A stretch of 64,000 nt of DNA from an uncultured Verrucomicrobiales bacterium (lineage in GTDB: Bacteria > Verrucomicrobiota > Verrucomicrobiia > Verrucomicrobiales > Akkermansiaceae): the NCBI GenBank assembly GCA_937951675.1, contig CALFBI010000017.1, positions 1 through 64,000 of the forward strand, in the 5' to 3' direction. Below the pieces are notes generated by a model. It was not told where the DNA came from and did no database searches. It saw only the letters and a list, made by a program, of their open reading frames with translations. Made by a program: the position numbers and the translations under genes. Positions 1 to 9,187 of the stretch are shown piece by piece. Within the stretch, counting starts at the first letter, position 1, and the number at the start of each line of letters is the position of its first letter.

Positions 1-216
1 GAACTCTCTTGGTAAAGACTAAACAGCCCTTCAAGGCGTGTCATCTCGGCAACGACTTTAGTCGACAGGGCCTCAAAATCGATTCCCGAAAGCCCCCTTA
101 TCTCGAAGCTCACCTCGGTGCCAAATAGAATTCCTCGCCAGACTTGTTTCTCTGGGCGACGCGAACAACTCAAGGCCGTCGCACTTAAAACTCCTGCGGT
201 AATAGAAAGAAAACGT
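1..216 (-). CDS. apbE: FAD:protein FMN transferase (ApbE family), N-terminal part; 5' of gene lies inside window, remainder runs off the window start
   Basis: Reverse-complement of 1..216 translates to MNKRRFLSITAGVLSATALSCSRRPEKQVWRGILFGTEVSFEIRGL..., a lipoprotein-type signal followed by the conserved ApbE N-terminal motif (GxxMGT/FGT..ixi). ATG at 214-216 (minus strand). Sits immediately upstream of an FMN-binding domain gene, the expected ApbE substrate. Confidence 0.55.
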
Positions 217-223
217 CTCTTAT

Positions 224-994
224 TCATGATCCACTTCCGTTACGCCTCGGCGGCCTCACCCATAATACGATCCCACTGATGCACAGAACTACAATCATGA
301 TCACCACAAAGTCTGCTACTAGCTTTCCAAACAAACCGAAAAAAGCCCCCGAATGAAGGTCTAAAATAAAACGGTTCCAACTCACCATCTCTCCCACAAA
401 CTGAGGCCTGATTTGGCTTGCTTCACTCGCTTTCAATTCCTGCACCGTAACGAGAAAAGAAAAGGCCTCTTTGGCGACTGGCTCATAATCAATTAATTCT
501 TCTGAAAACCGGTAACTCTTCCCAGCCGCGACGACTACGAGCCCCTGCTCAAAGGTGGCCTTCTCAAGAGGTAAAGGAGGCAAAGCCTCTTCCCCCATCA
601 ACTCTAGTTCTTGCCCCGAAGAATCAAGAAGTAAAACTTGCTCTGAGCTCACGAAGGCTACTCCGGCTGGAACTTGAAATCCTCCCAGATAAGTCCCTTG
701 CAGAGAATAAAGCTTTCCCTGCCAAGAAAGTTGATCCTCACAAAAATAAGCTTTCCGCGCTCCTAGCTCCGATTCGTAAATCGGACCTTTTGGTAAAAAG
801 CCATAATGCTTCGCGACCCAAATGGAGCGCACCGGTTTCTGGTCGAGACCGAGCGCGACAGTGTGATTAAGCAACACTCCTGTCACTGCCACAAAAAGCA
901 GAGGAAACACCACCATGATCCCTAACCACCGATGCCACCTCCTCGAAAGGCGGCGGGGACGACGGCGGGTAGATGACGGAGCGCTCTTGGACAT
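224..994 (-). CDS. PepSY-associated TM helix protein (PiuB/PepSY_TM family membrane protein)
   Basis: N-terminal basic stretch followed by TM helix (WHRWLGIMVVFPLLFVAVTGVLLNH). C-terminal motif LDLHSGAFFGLFGKLVADFVVIMIVVLCISGIVLW is typical of the PepSY_TM helix pair. Confidence 0.6.
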   Translation of the reverse strand: MSKSAPSSTRRRPRRLSRRWHRWLGIMVVFPLLFVAVTGVLLNHTVALGLDQKPVRSIWVAKHYGFLPKGPIYESELGARKAYFCEDQLSWQGKLYSLQGTYLGGFQVPAGVAFVSSEQVLLLDSSGQELELMGEEALPPLPLEKATFEQGLVVVAAGKSYRFSEELIDYEPVAKEAFSFLVTVQELKASEASQIRPQFVGEMVSWNRFILDLHSGAFFGLFGKLVADFVVIMIVVLCISGIVLWVRPPRRNGSGS

Positions 995-1008
995 GAACAG
1001 GATTCTTT

Positions 1009-1512
1009 TTAGGAGCGAATCGTATCGAAGTAAAGTGCGAGACGAGCCATCTTAGAAACGGCTCTCACCGAAAGAGTGGCTCCCGCAATATTAGAAACAG
1101 GCCTCGAAAGCTTATCTTTGGGGGTCAGCGTATTCCCCACAAATTGCTTCGTGAAAAAAGATTTTCGGATTTCCCACCCATGACTCTCACGATAGACGAG
1201 CACTCGCATCTCCTTGAGTTTCCCTCCATCAACAATAAAACCAGTGGTAATGGGCTTTGTTTTCCCAATCTCTTCTAGAATCCAGACACTTCGAGAGCCC
1301 TTTTCCCAGTAGCGAATCCGTGGGCGCACCGCGCGCCGCATGATTTTTTCCGCTCGCTTCTGCGCAGACGCATCGAGCGTCAACACTTGGGTCGGCGGCA
1401 AACTTCCTCGGAACGCCTTCTTAATAAAATCAGAAGGCTTTAAATAGACATCTTCGGCATGGGAGAGTCCCATGCCGAAGAGCAAGACACACGCAATAAG
1501 CACCCACCTCAC
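1009..1512 (-). CDS. FMN-binding domain protein (NqrC/RnfG-like, flavinylation target), secreted. Likely GTG start at 1512; track start at 1629 is TTG and overlaps the upstream porin gene
   Basis: C-terminal ...SNIAGATLSVRAV... matches the FMN_bind motif (D-x-ISGAT-x-S/T) whose Thr/Ser receives FMN from ApbE. A GTG start gives the signal peptide MRWVLIACVLLFGMGLSHA. A start at 1593 (first ATG) or 1629 would overlap the porin stop at 1538 by 56–92 nt. Confidence 0.55.
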   Translation of the reverse strand: MRWVLIACVLLFGMGLSHAEDVYLKPSDFIKKAFRGSLPPTQVLTLDASAQKRAEKIMRRAVRPRIRYWEKGSRSVWILEEIGKTKPITTGFIVDGGKLKEMRVLVYRESHGWEIRKSFFTKQFVGNTLTPKDKLSRPVSNIAGATLSVRAVSKMARLALYFDTIRS

Positions 1513-1537
1513 TACGGATGGGACTTGCTGCCAATTT

Positions 1538-2713
1538 TTAGAAAGAGTAACCAATCCCGAAGTTAAATTGATCTTCTTTTGAAGCGCCATCATTTTCCTC
1601 AATGCGCTGATAATCCGCTTTGAGAACAACGTTATCGACAGGCCAATAATTAAGTCCGGTCGAATATTCCGTTTGATCTTTGGCTCTCACCCCATCGAGC
1701 TTGGTGTAACGGGCGAATACGCCAAGTTTTCCTGCTTCTTCGAAATCGAAAGTGTAAGAAGGCTCAATATAACCACCCCATTGGTGATCAGCTCCACTGA
1801 TGTCTGCGGTAGGGTCATCGATGTGCCAGAAAGCATAAAGCCCTTTGAGACCAAAGCCCCCTCTTTTATAAATAAAATGCCCTTCTGTTAACAATGCGGA
1901 AGCTTCGTCAACTGTCACTCCTCCGATATCGTCAGCATAATGCACCGATGCGGCGAGCTCGAGCCCTTCGATCCCCGTATACTTCACCCGACCGGTCACA
2001 GCCCAAGTTGGATCAGAAAATTCGGCTACTTTCTGTCTTCCTGACCGAATCCGGAACGCATTACCGCTAGAAGCGCCAATCCCTGATAAGCCCGAAGTCA
2101 CCGCGAGATCAAACTGAAGACCTGCATTCGTCTTAGCGGTCACCCCAACACCACCTTCCCACCAAGTGGTCGGAATGATTTCTGCTTCGACAATATTACG
2201 CTCGACTCCAAAAAAGGTATCGGGCTCATGCGTCTCATTCAAAATCCCAATCGGAAGAAGGAACAGACCCGCGCGAGCTGTAAAGGCATCGTTGATATCA
2301 TATTCAATATAAGCCTGCTCTAACTCTACCTCACCTGGTTCTCCCTCTCCAGCAAGGGAATGCTCGAGCTCAAGCTCTGAGAAAAGGCGAACCCGGTCAT
2401 TAAACTCGTGATTTACGAAAAGAACATATCGGTGAAAATCAATTTGATCCTTCTCACCTACATTGAGGTGGAGTTCTCCATACCCACCTAAGCTCGTCTT
2501 ATCTGACCAGCGAATGCCCCCACGGGCCGAATCACCAAAAGAAGCATCGATCGATGCCGCGCTTCCTGAAGCCTCTAATTTCCCGAAACGGCTTTCATAA
2601 GCACCTAAGCGCTCTTCGAGAGCAGCTAAGCGCTCTTCAACAGAGGCTCCAAAGACTGAGCTCGCAAGCATCAGGCTGCTCGTGGCAAGAGTAAGTGTGG
2701 TATTCATTTTCAT
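1538..2713 (-). CDS. Outer-membrane beta-barrel porin (phosphate-selective porin O/P-like)
   Basis: Signal peptide MKMNTTLTLATSSLMLASSVFGA, then a coiled-coil segment (EERLAALEERLGAYESRFGKLEA) typical of the PorinO/P family, alternating amphipathic beta-strands, and a C-terminal aromatic residue (…GIGYSF). Confidence 0.5.
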   Translation of the reverse strand: MKMNTTLTLATSSLMLASSVFGASVEERLAALEERLGAYESRFGKLEASGSAASIDASFGDSARGGIRWSDKTSLGGYGELHLNVGEKDQIDFHRYVLFVNHEFNDRVRLFSELELEHSLAGEGEPGEVELEQAYIEYDINDAFTARAGLFLLPIGILNETHEPDTFFGVERNIVEAEIIPTTWWEGGVGVTAKTNAGLQFDLAVTSGLSGIGASSGNAFRIRSGRQKVAEFSDPTWAVTGRVKYTGIEGLELAASVHYADDIGGVTVDEASALLTEGHFIYKRGGFGLKGLYAFWHIDDPTADISGADHQWGGYIEPSYTFDFEEAGKLGVFARYTKLDGVRAKDQTEYSTGLNYWPVDNVVLKADYQRIEENDGASKEDQFNFGIGYSF

Positions 2714-2841
2714 GACGCCGCGGACCCTACTTGCTATTGAGACCCAGTATCAACAATAAAATGGTGAAATTTTACATTTATCCGTTCAGATTCGCTTGTG
2801 GGCTTGCGAAATCTTGAATCTATGGGTAACTAGCCCTCCTC

Positions 2842-4230
2842 ATGTTTTCGCAACTCTCTGACAATTTAGACAAAACTTTTCGGAATCTTCGCGGAGTGGG
2901 CAAAATCTCCGAGAAAAATATTTCTGACGCTCTCCGAGAAATCCGCCTCGCCCTTCTCGAAGCAGATGTCGAATATGATGTTGCTAAAAAGCTCATCGCG
3001 AACATTAAAGAAAAGGCGATGGGTCAAGATGTTCTCAAGTCGGTTAAGCCCGGAGAACAGATTGTCAAAATTTTCCATGATGAACTCGAAGCCCTTTTTG
3101 GAGAAAAAAATGCTCCCATCAACTTAACGGCTCCGGGTCACATTATGATGGTTGGCTTAAACGGAGCCGGGAAAACAACGACCGCTGCGAAGCTTGCGAA
3201 GCGCCTAAAGAAAGACGGTCGTCGCCCTCTTCTCATTGCTTGTGATCTTTACCGGCCGGCCGCGATCGACCAATTAGCCAAACTCGCCGAACAAGTCGAC
3301 GTTCCTTGCTTCACTCCTCCCAAAGACGAAAAAGACGTCATCCGGGCTGCGAAAGCGGCACTCCTCTGGGCCAAGGAGCAAAATGGCACCGTGCTCATCT
3401 TTGACACTGCTGGACGCCAGGAACTAGACGACCGGCTCATTGAAGAACTCAAACAACTTCACACCTTCATCAACCCAGGGGAAACGCTCCTCGTTGCTGA
3501 CGCCGCAACAGGACAACAAGCCGTCTCCGTGGCTCAAACTTTCGATCGGCAAATTGGGGTAAGCGGAATCGTGCTCACCAAACTCGATGGTGATGCCCGA
3601 GGAGGGGCCGCGCTCTCCATGCATTCAGTCACAGGGAAACCGATCAAGTTTATCGGGGAAGGAGAGAAAATGGACCAGCTCTTTGAATTCCACCCGAGCC
3701 GAATGGCGGACCGGATTCTCGGCATGGGAGACATCGTCTCGATGGTCGAACAAGTCTCTGATAAAATTGATGAAAAAGAGGCCATGCAGGCTGCGAAGCG
3801 AATGCAGGAAGGAAAATTCGACTTCGAAGACTTCCTCAACCAAATGCGCATGATCAAAAAACTTGGCCCTCTTGATGGAATCATGGGAATGATGCCAGGA
3901 TTCAATAAAATCAAAAAACAACTTCCTTCCTCGGCCTTTGACGACAAAAAACTTGGTCGGGTCGAAGCGATTGTGCTCTCGATGACTCCTAAAGAAAGAG
4001 CTCGCCCGGAGCTCATCAAAGGCACTCGCCGCAAACGTATCGCCAATGGCTCTGGAACGAGTGTTTTGGAGGTCAATCAGCTCCTCAAACAGTTTGGCCA
4101 GATGCGTAAGTTGATGAAAAACAAAGGAAAAATGAAGAGTATGATGAAGCAAATGGGTGGCCTCGACATGTCCCAACTCGGGAACCTTGATGACCTCATG
4201 GGGGGTAAAGGGGGGAAGCTTCCTTTCTAA
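2842..4230 (+). CDS. ffh: Signal recognition particle protein Ffh
   Basis: N domain (MFSQLSDNLDKTFRNLRG…), SRP54-type GTPase motifs (GLNGAGKTTT, DTAGR, TKLDGDARGG) and a Met-rich C-terminal M domain. Confidence 0.95.
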   Translation: MFSQLSDNLDKTFRNLRGVGKISEKNISDALREIRLALLEADVEYDVAKKLIANIKEKAMGQDVLKSVKPGEQIVKIFHDELEALFGEKNAPINLTAPGHIMMVGLNGAGKTTTAAKLAKRLKKDGRRPLLIACDLYRPAAIDQLAKLAEQVDVPCFTPPKDEKDVIRAAKAALLWAKEQNGTVLIFDTAGRQELDDRLIEELKQLHTFINPGETLLVADAATGQQAVSVAQTFDRQIGVSGIVLTKLDGDARGGAALSMHSVTGKPIKFIGEGEKMDQLFEFHPSRMADRILGMGDIVSMVEQVSDKIDEKEAMQAAKRMQEGKFDFEDFLNQMRMIKKLGPLDGIMGMMPGFNKIKKQLPSSAFDDKKLGRVEAIVLSMTPKERARPELIKGTRRKRIANGSGTSVLEVNQLLKQFGQMRKLMKNKGKMKSMMKQMGGLDMSQLGNLDDLMGGKGGKLPF

Positions 4231-4573
4231 GCTTTTCATTTATTTCCTCTTATTTTAAGCGACTTCTCGAAAAATTCTGTTGCCAAGAAGTCCGGATTTG
4301 CCACTATCTCTTTATCAAGCGTGCGTGATGGAACATTTCCGGTTCTACTCTAATGTTTTTCAGAGGCTGATTCAGTCACTTCTTTCCTAAAACAAAAGAC
4401 GCTAGTGTCCCTCTTCGAGGAACACCTCGCACATCTCCCTGAAGAGAGACTGGTGATACAACTCAGCAACAGTGCGACCCGTATCACCTTTTGATACTGT
4501 TTCTCCCCAACATGGTGAAACAACTCTTTTCTTTCCCCCAATCTCATTAACAAGAATCGTTTCGATCTGCCTT

Positions 4574-6013
4574 ATGTCCTCTGACACAGAGAATTTTACT
4601 CCCGCTTCCGATAATGGTGGCGATCCGTCTCCTGCTCCTAAAGCAAAGAAAACAGCCCAGAAGAAAACGGCCCGAAAAGCGACAAAGAAGACCGCTAGAA
4701 AAGCCGCCACAAAACGAGCTCCTAAAGCCGAACAAGAGGCTCCAGCGCCTCAAGAAGCCAAGGAAGAGAATAAGGCCTCTGTTTCCAGCCCAAAAGACCC
4801 TCCTCACCCGAAAGGAAACGGAAGAAGGCCTCAACATTCACGGCCTGACAGAAAAGGTAAGAAACAAGGCAGGAAAGAAAAAGTCACTGTTTTCACTGGA
4901 CCCGAACTTGAAATCGAAGGCTTGCTTGAAATCGCGCCCAAAGGATTTGGATTTCTCCGAGTTCAATCGAAAAACTATACACAGTGCCGAGAAGACGTTT
5001 TTGTCACTCCCGAAACAATTCGTAAACTCGGACTTCGACTAGGCTCTTGGGTCAAAGGAATTTATCGTCAAGGACAACGAGGCCCTCAACTCATCGACGT
5101 TCAAGCTGTCAACGGCGAAGATCCAGATAAGGCACGTAAAACCTCTTACTTTGAAGAGCTCCGGGCCATTAATCCGGATAAAAGAATCGCGCTCGAAACC
5201 TCTTCTGATTGCGCCACCACCCGGATCATCGACATCATGGCTCCGATTGGCAAAGGGCAGCGAGGCCTTATTGTCGCACCACCACGAGCGGGAAAAACAA
5301 CCGTCTTGATGCATGTCACCGAGGCCCTCATTGAGCGGCACTCTGAAACCATTCACCCGATTGTCCTTCTCATTGATGAACGTCCAGAAGAAGTGACTGA
5401 ATTCAAAAGAAAATTTCCAGATATCGAAATCTATGCGAGTTCCAATGATGACCCTGTGAGAAACCATTGTCGTCTCGCTGAACTGTGCATCGAACGCTCA
5501 AAGCGCCTCGTTGAAAGCGGTAAAGATGTTTTCATCGTCATGGACTCCATCACTAGGCTTGCAAGAGCTTACAATAACAACATGCAGGGCGGAAAAGGTC
5601 GCGGGGTGCAAAGTGGTGGAATTATCGCGGGAGCACTCGAAACGCCAAGACGACTCTTCGCAGCAGCTCGAAATACGAAAGAAGCAGGATCTCTTACTAT
5701 TTTAGCAACCAGTTTAATTCAGACCAACTCTCGCGCTGATGAAGCGATCTTTCAGGAATTTAAAGGAACTGGTAATATGGAGCTCGTTCTTGATCGTCGT
5801 ATTGCAGAACATTACGTTTACCCTGCGGTCGATATTTTTAAATCAGGCACCCGAAGAGAAGAACTCATCCTGCCTGATATCTCTCTTCGAAAAATTCACA
5901 TGATTCGACGTGGGCTTGCTGGACACAAACCTACTGAAGCGATGGAGCGACTCCTTTTCTTCATTAAAAAATTCCCTAATAACGCACAGATGCTGCTCGA
6001 AATTAAGGGGTGA
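4574..6013 (+). CDS. rho: Transcription termination factor Rho with a Lys/Ala/Pro-rich basic N-terminal extension
   Basis: CSD-like RNA-binding segment (GLLEIAPKGFGFLR…), Walker A (APPRAGKTT), Q-loop/R-loop and C-terminal Rho signature (…ELVLDRRIAEHYVYPAVDIFKSGTRREELI). First ATG is at 4574; the track ORF from 4472 starts at a non-ATG codon. Confidence 0.9.
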   Translation: MSSDTENFTPASDNGGDPSPAPKAKKTAQKKTARKATKKTARKAATKRAPKAEQEAPAPQEAKEENKASVSSPKDPPHPKGNGRRPQHSRPDRKGKKQGRKEKVTVFTGPELEIEGLLEIAPKGFGFLRVQSKNYTQCREDVFVTPETIRKLGLRLGSWVKGIYRQGQRGPQLIDVQAVNGEDPDKARKTSYFEELRAINPDKRIALETSSDCATTRIIDIMAPIGKGQRGLIVAPPRAGKTTVLMHVTEALIERHSETIHPIVLLIDERPEEVTEFKRKFPDIEIYASSNDDPVRNHCRLAELCIERSKRLVESGKDVFIVMDSITRLARAYNNNMQGGKGRGVQSGGIIAGALETPRRLFAAARNTKEAGSLTILATSLIQTNSRADEAIFQEFKGTGNMELVLDRRIAEHYVYPAVDIFKSGTRREELILPDISLRKIHMIRRGLAGHKPTEAMERLLFFIKKFPNNAQMLLEIKG

Positions 6014-7313
6014 ACTGCACGAGCAGTTCCTGAAGTTGATCAATCACATAATCTATCTCTTCTTCCTCCATCTTAAAGGGAGGCGTCAATGCTAGCACAT
6101 TGCCATCGGGACCGTCTGCCAGCATCACCACTCCACGCTGCAGCATTTGAGAAAGAATCGGTCCCACCACATCTCCAGCAGGAGCCCCCGAAGGATGTCT
6201 TAATTCGACCCCTAACATCAGTCCTCGACCTCGCACTTCTGAGATAAGGGGACTGATCAACCCTTCAAGTGCTTTCCTCCAATACTGCGAAGCCTCCGCT
6301 ACTTTTTTCTTTAACTCTGGAGACGAATGTAACTTCAACGCGACTAAGGCCATTGCACAACCTACTGGATTCCCTAAAAAAGTTGAAGTATGTAAAGCCT
6401 CCCCACTCGACTCAGGCCAGGCATCCATCAGTGCTGACCGACCGACACAGGCCGAAATAGGGTAACCTCCACTAAGGGCTTTCCCGAGACAAATGAAATC
6501 AGGAAAAACCTCTTCATGATCGCAGGCAAACCATTCCCCAGTGCGATTAAACCCACTATAAATCTCGTCAAAAATGAGAGCAGAACCATTCTCATCACAC
6601 CAGATTCTTAATAATGGAAGAAAATCAGGGTGTGGAACCACTTTCCCTCCCCTCCCCTGAATCGGCTCTACAATCACCGCTCCGACCTGGGAAAGATCGC
6701 TCAACGCAAGCTGCTCCTGAAAAGCCTCCATCTCATCCGCAGTCACTGGAAATGGAAATAGATGCGTGACATCAGATAACTGAGAAGAGACTGGTCTACG
6801 GAAACACTCTAACCCGGTCGCCAAGAGCGCTCCATAACCCAACCCATGGTAACTCTTTTCAAAAGCTAAAATCTCCGGTTTTCCGGACCATACCGTCGCC
6901 GTCTTTAAGGCCGACTCCACTGCTTCAAAGCCAGAGCTTGAGAGAATTGTTTTTCCAATTCCTAGCCCCCATCGTTCAAAAGTGATCCTAGAAAGCTGCT
7001 CGCATAGTTGCGCCTTCAAACGATTCGGATGCACATCACCCATTCCATGCATAAGAAGTGAGGCCTGAGACTGCATCCCTTCCAAAATTTCTGGGTTCGT
7101 ATGCCCCAATCCTGCCACCGCAAAGGCACTCGTCACATCAAGAAAGCGATTCCCATCTACATCCCAAACATGACACCCCTTTGCCTTCTCCCAGAAAATC
7201 GGCCAATCTTCAGCCAGATAGGTCGTATTACGGCACTCATATTGGCGTAAACGCTTGGCCTCTTCTTGAGAAAGAGGGCCCGGAATAGAAGTCTTTAAAT
7301 GTGGTAACATCAC
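6003..7313 (-). CDS. Class-III pyridoxal-phosphate aminotransferase (acetylornithine/GABA/BioA-type; exact substrate not assignable)
   Basis: DEIYSGFNRTGEWFACDHEEVFPDFICLGKALSGGYPISA is the class-III PLP aminotransferase Lys region. Overall length is ~435 aa. Overlaps the rhomboid stop by 4 nt (ATGA), suggesting translational coupling. Confidence 0.8.
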   Translation of the reverse strand: MMLPHLKTSIPGPLSQEEAKRLRQYECRNTTYLAEDWPIFWEKAKGCHVWDVDGNRFLDVTSAFAVAGLGHTNPEILEGMQSQASLLMHGMGDVHPNRLKAQLCEQLSRITFERWGLGIGKTILSSSGFEAVESALKTATVWSGKPEILAFEKSYHGLGYGALLATGLECFRRPVSSQLSDVTHLFPFPVTADEMEAFQEQLALSDLSQVGAVIVEPIQGRGGKVVPHPDFLPLLRIWCDENGSALIFDEIYSGFNRTGEWFACDHEEVFPDFICLGKALSGGYPISACVGRSALMDAWPESSGEALHTSTFLGNPVGCAMALVALKLHSSPELKKKVAEASQYWRKALEGLISPLISEVRGRGLMLGVELRHPSGAPAGDVVGPILSQMLQRGVVMLADGPDGNVLALTPPFKMEEEEIDYVIDQLQELLVQFTP

Positions 7314-8527
7314 ATCGAATCTAAAATTTTAAGCACCGCAAAAACTCCCATCCACAAAAGGAAAATCCCAGCGAAGGAAGCAAACGCCAAATCTAATTTT
7401 GTCGCTTTCGGACGCAGTGCAGAACGGGAAGGAGGAAAAACGACGAGTGAATAAATCGCCCCCGCCACCAGTCCGCCGAAGTGCGCGGCATTATCAATAT
7501 ACAAGAAGCCAACGGCCCCTAAAATAAAAGTGAAAATCATGGCGGCCACCAGCCGGCGGCGAGCAGGTTTCGGGGTCAAACTCGGGTGACAACTTTCAAA
7601 AACTAAGAGAAACCCTAACAAGCCCATGATCCCTCCTGAAATCCCAACAGAAGGAAGACTCGTCCATTCCATCGAAGCATAGGCTCCGCAGTAAATCGAA
7701 ACAAACAAAACCAAAATAAGGTGTGGCCAGCGGGCCAGCGCTTCGACCCTAGCTCCTAAATATAAAAGCCCACTCGCATTGAAGAAAAGATGCATCACAT
7801 TTCCATGCATGAGGGACCCCGTAAACATCCTCCAAGGCTCCTCCCGGGCGCTTGGAACCGAGCCCCCTTCCTTTGTCAACGACGCGGCATCGATCCCGCC
7901 AAAATTAAAAAGCTGCACAAAAAAACCGCCACTTTGCTGAGCGAAAAGCTGAACCACTGCCACGACGCTGATAAGAACAATGAGTGCTTGCGTAAATGGC
8001 TTCTTCTGTTGACTGAGCCAAGTTTCAAACTGAATCGTCGAAACAAGCTGCGCCATCGACGCCTTCGTCATCCTCTTAGATTCCCGGAAACGCTTCCATG
8101 CTTCATAAAAAGGGAACCCTAAGAAAATGAGCAAAAGGAGTAAGAAAATCAAAAATTGCTGAATTCCAGCCCCCTGAAATCCAGATTGGAAAAGCGAGTA
8201 AAGTTGATAAACAAAAATAACGACCCAGATAAGAGACCTCGACTTCAAGCGATCAAGGTCCGATTCCGCCTGAGTCACTCTTCTCGTTTTCACCGATTCC
8301 AGTAGTTCAGGAAAGGCTTCAGGAAGCTGAATCAGTTCCTCTTCTGGAGTCCAAAGGTAGGCAGGTAGCTCGGCTTGGACTTGGGCAATCAGTTCTTCTC
8401 GGCTCGCATATGTTTCGACCCGCTCCGAACTGTAAACAAGCCCGTATGGCGGGGCTTGCGATGGCTTCAAACCAAAAACACCCTCTCGGGCCCATATTGG
8501 CTGAGAAGGCGTTTCAGTCATTATCAA
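7310..8527 (-). CDS. Rhomboid-family intramembrane serine protease with ~190-aa N-terminal cytoplasmic domain
   Basis: Catalytic GxSG (VGISGGIMGLLGF) and downstream His-containing TM (HLFFNASGLLYLG / NAAHFGGLVAGAIY), and multiple TM helices. Confidence 0.75.
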   Translation of the reverse strand: MIMTETPSQPIWAREGVFGLKPSQAPPYGLVYSSERVETYASREELIAQVQAELPAYLWTPEEELIQLPEAFPELLESVKTRRVTQAESDLDRLKSRSLIWVVIFVYQLYSLFQSGFQGAGIQQFLIFLLLLLIFLGFPFYEAWKRFRESKRMTKASMAQLVSTIQFETWLSQQKKPFTQALIVLISVVAVVQLFAQQSGGFFVQLFNFGGIDAASLTKEGGSVPSAREEPWRMFTGSLMHGNVMHLFFNASGLLYLGARVEALARWPHLILVLFVSIYCGAYASMEWTSLPSVGISGGIMGLLGFLLVFESCHPSLTPKPARRRLVAAMIFTFILGAVGFLYIDNAAHFGGLVAGAIYSLVVFPPSRSALRPKATKLDLAFASFAGIFLLWMGVFAVLKILDSM

Positions 8528-8555
8528 TAAAGCAGCTTCATGCTGCAGATCAAAT

Positions 8556-9131
8556 TTAAGGAGAAGGAAGAGTAGGAAGAGCGTTTTTCAATTCCTCCAC
8601 TTTCTCTGAAACAGGTTGTTCGATCGCCTCAATTGCTTCGGCAGCAGCTTCTTTCACCTCTTCGACAACTCCTTCTGGCTCCACTGAAGGAACAGGTTCG
8701 GTTGCTGGGGCTAGCTCTGGAGTGGTTTCAGGCACTTCTGGCTTAGTCGCCGCATCCGTATCTGTATTAGGCAATAATTCGGAAAGAGACTTAGGCTCTT
8801 CGCTCGCTTCTTTTTGAACTTCTTCGGTTGGCGCTTTGCCACCCTCCTCCTGAATTTCAATGCGCTTCCCTTCGTTTTTCTTTCCAATAAGGATAGAAAG
8901 AGCAAGTGCTATGATGAAAAACAACCAGAGCATGTAATTAGTGCCCTTTTGTAAAACATCAGTGGTTTGAGCACCGAAGACTTGATCTGTCATTCCTCCA
9001 CCAAAAGCGGCACCAAGCCCCTCCTGCTTTGGACGTTGCATAAGGACGAGTAAGATGGCCAAAGCCGAAACCACTACAAAAGCGATAATCAACAGGCTAA
9101 TCGCGATATTTAAAAAAGCTCCAAGAATCAT
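8556..9131 (-). CDS. secG: Preprotein translocase subunit SecG with ~100-aa acidic/Pro-rich C-terminal extension
   Basis: Two TM helices flank the conserved SecG loop (LLVLMQRPKQEGLGAAFGGGMTDQVFG). The C-terminal low-complexity E/P/A/T-rich tail is not found in canonical ~110-aa SecG. Confidence 0.7.
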   Translation of the reverse strand: MILGAFLNIAISLLIIAFVVVSALAILLVLMQRPKQEGLGAAFGGGMTDQVFGAQTTDVLQKGTNYMLWLFFIIALALSILIGKKNEGKRIEIQEEGGKAPTEEVQKEASEEPKSLSELLPNTDTDAATKPEVPETTPELAPATEPVPSVEPEGVVEEVKEAAAEAIEAIEQPVSEKVEELKNALPTLPSP

Positions 9132-9187
9132 GGGGCGGGGACTATGATAGAGTCAGAACGGCTTGTAAAGACGATGTTTTGGTTTCG

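Noticed and set aside
3424-4239. Minus-strand ORFs of 66–204 aa overlapping ffh
   Set aside because: Entirely antisense to a highly conserved ffh reading frame, with no recognisable motifs. Typical spurious ORFs in GC-balanced DNA.
4231-4573. Possible SRP (4.5S) RNA gene between ffh and rho
   Set aside because: Searched by eye for the conserved domain-IV motif (…GGUGCUGUUUACCAGGUCAGGUCCGGAAGGAAGCAGCC…); no convincing match. The region is better explained as the rho leader.
4650-4760. Short direct repeats (KKTARKA-coding) considered as a CRISPR-like or VNTR array
   Set aside because: Repeats are degenerate, in-frame and coding (within rho). No spacer/repeat regularity and no cas genes.
4547-5042. 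Alternative-frame Lys/Arg-rich ORFs (96 and 142 aa) overlapping the rho 5' region
   Set aside because: Frame-shifted readings of the repetitive AAG/AAA-rich segment encoding Rho's basic N-terminal extension. The Rho frame continues into conserved domains, and these do not.
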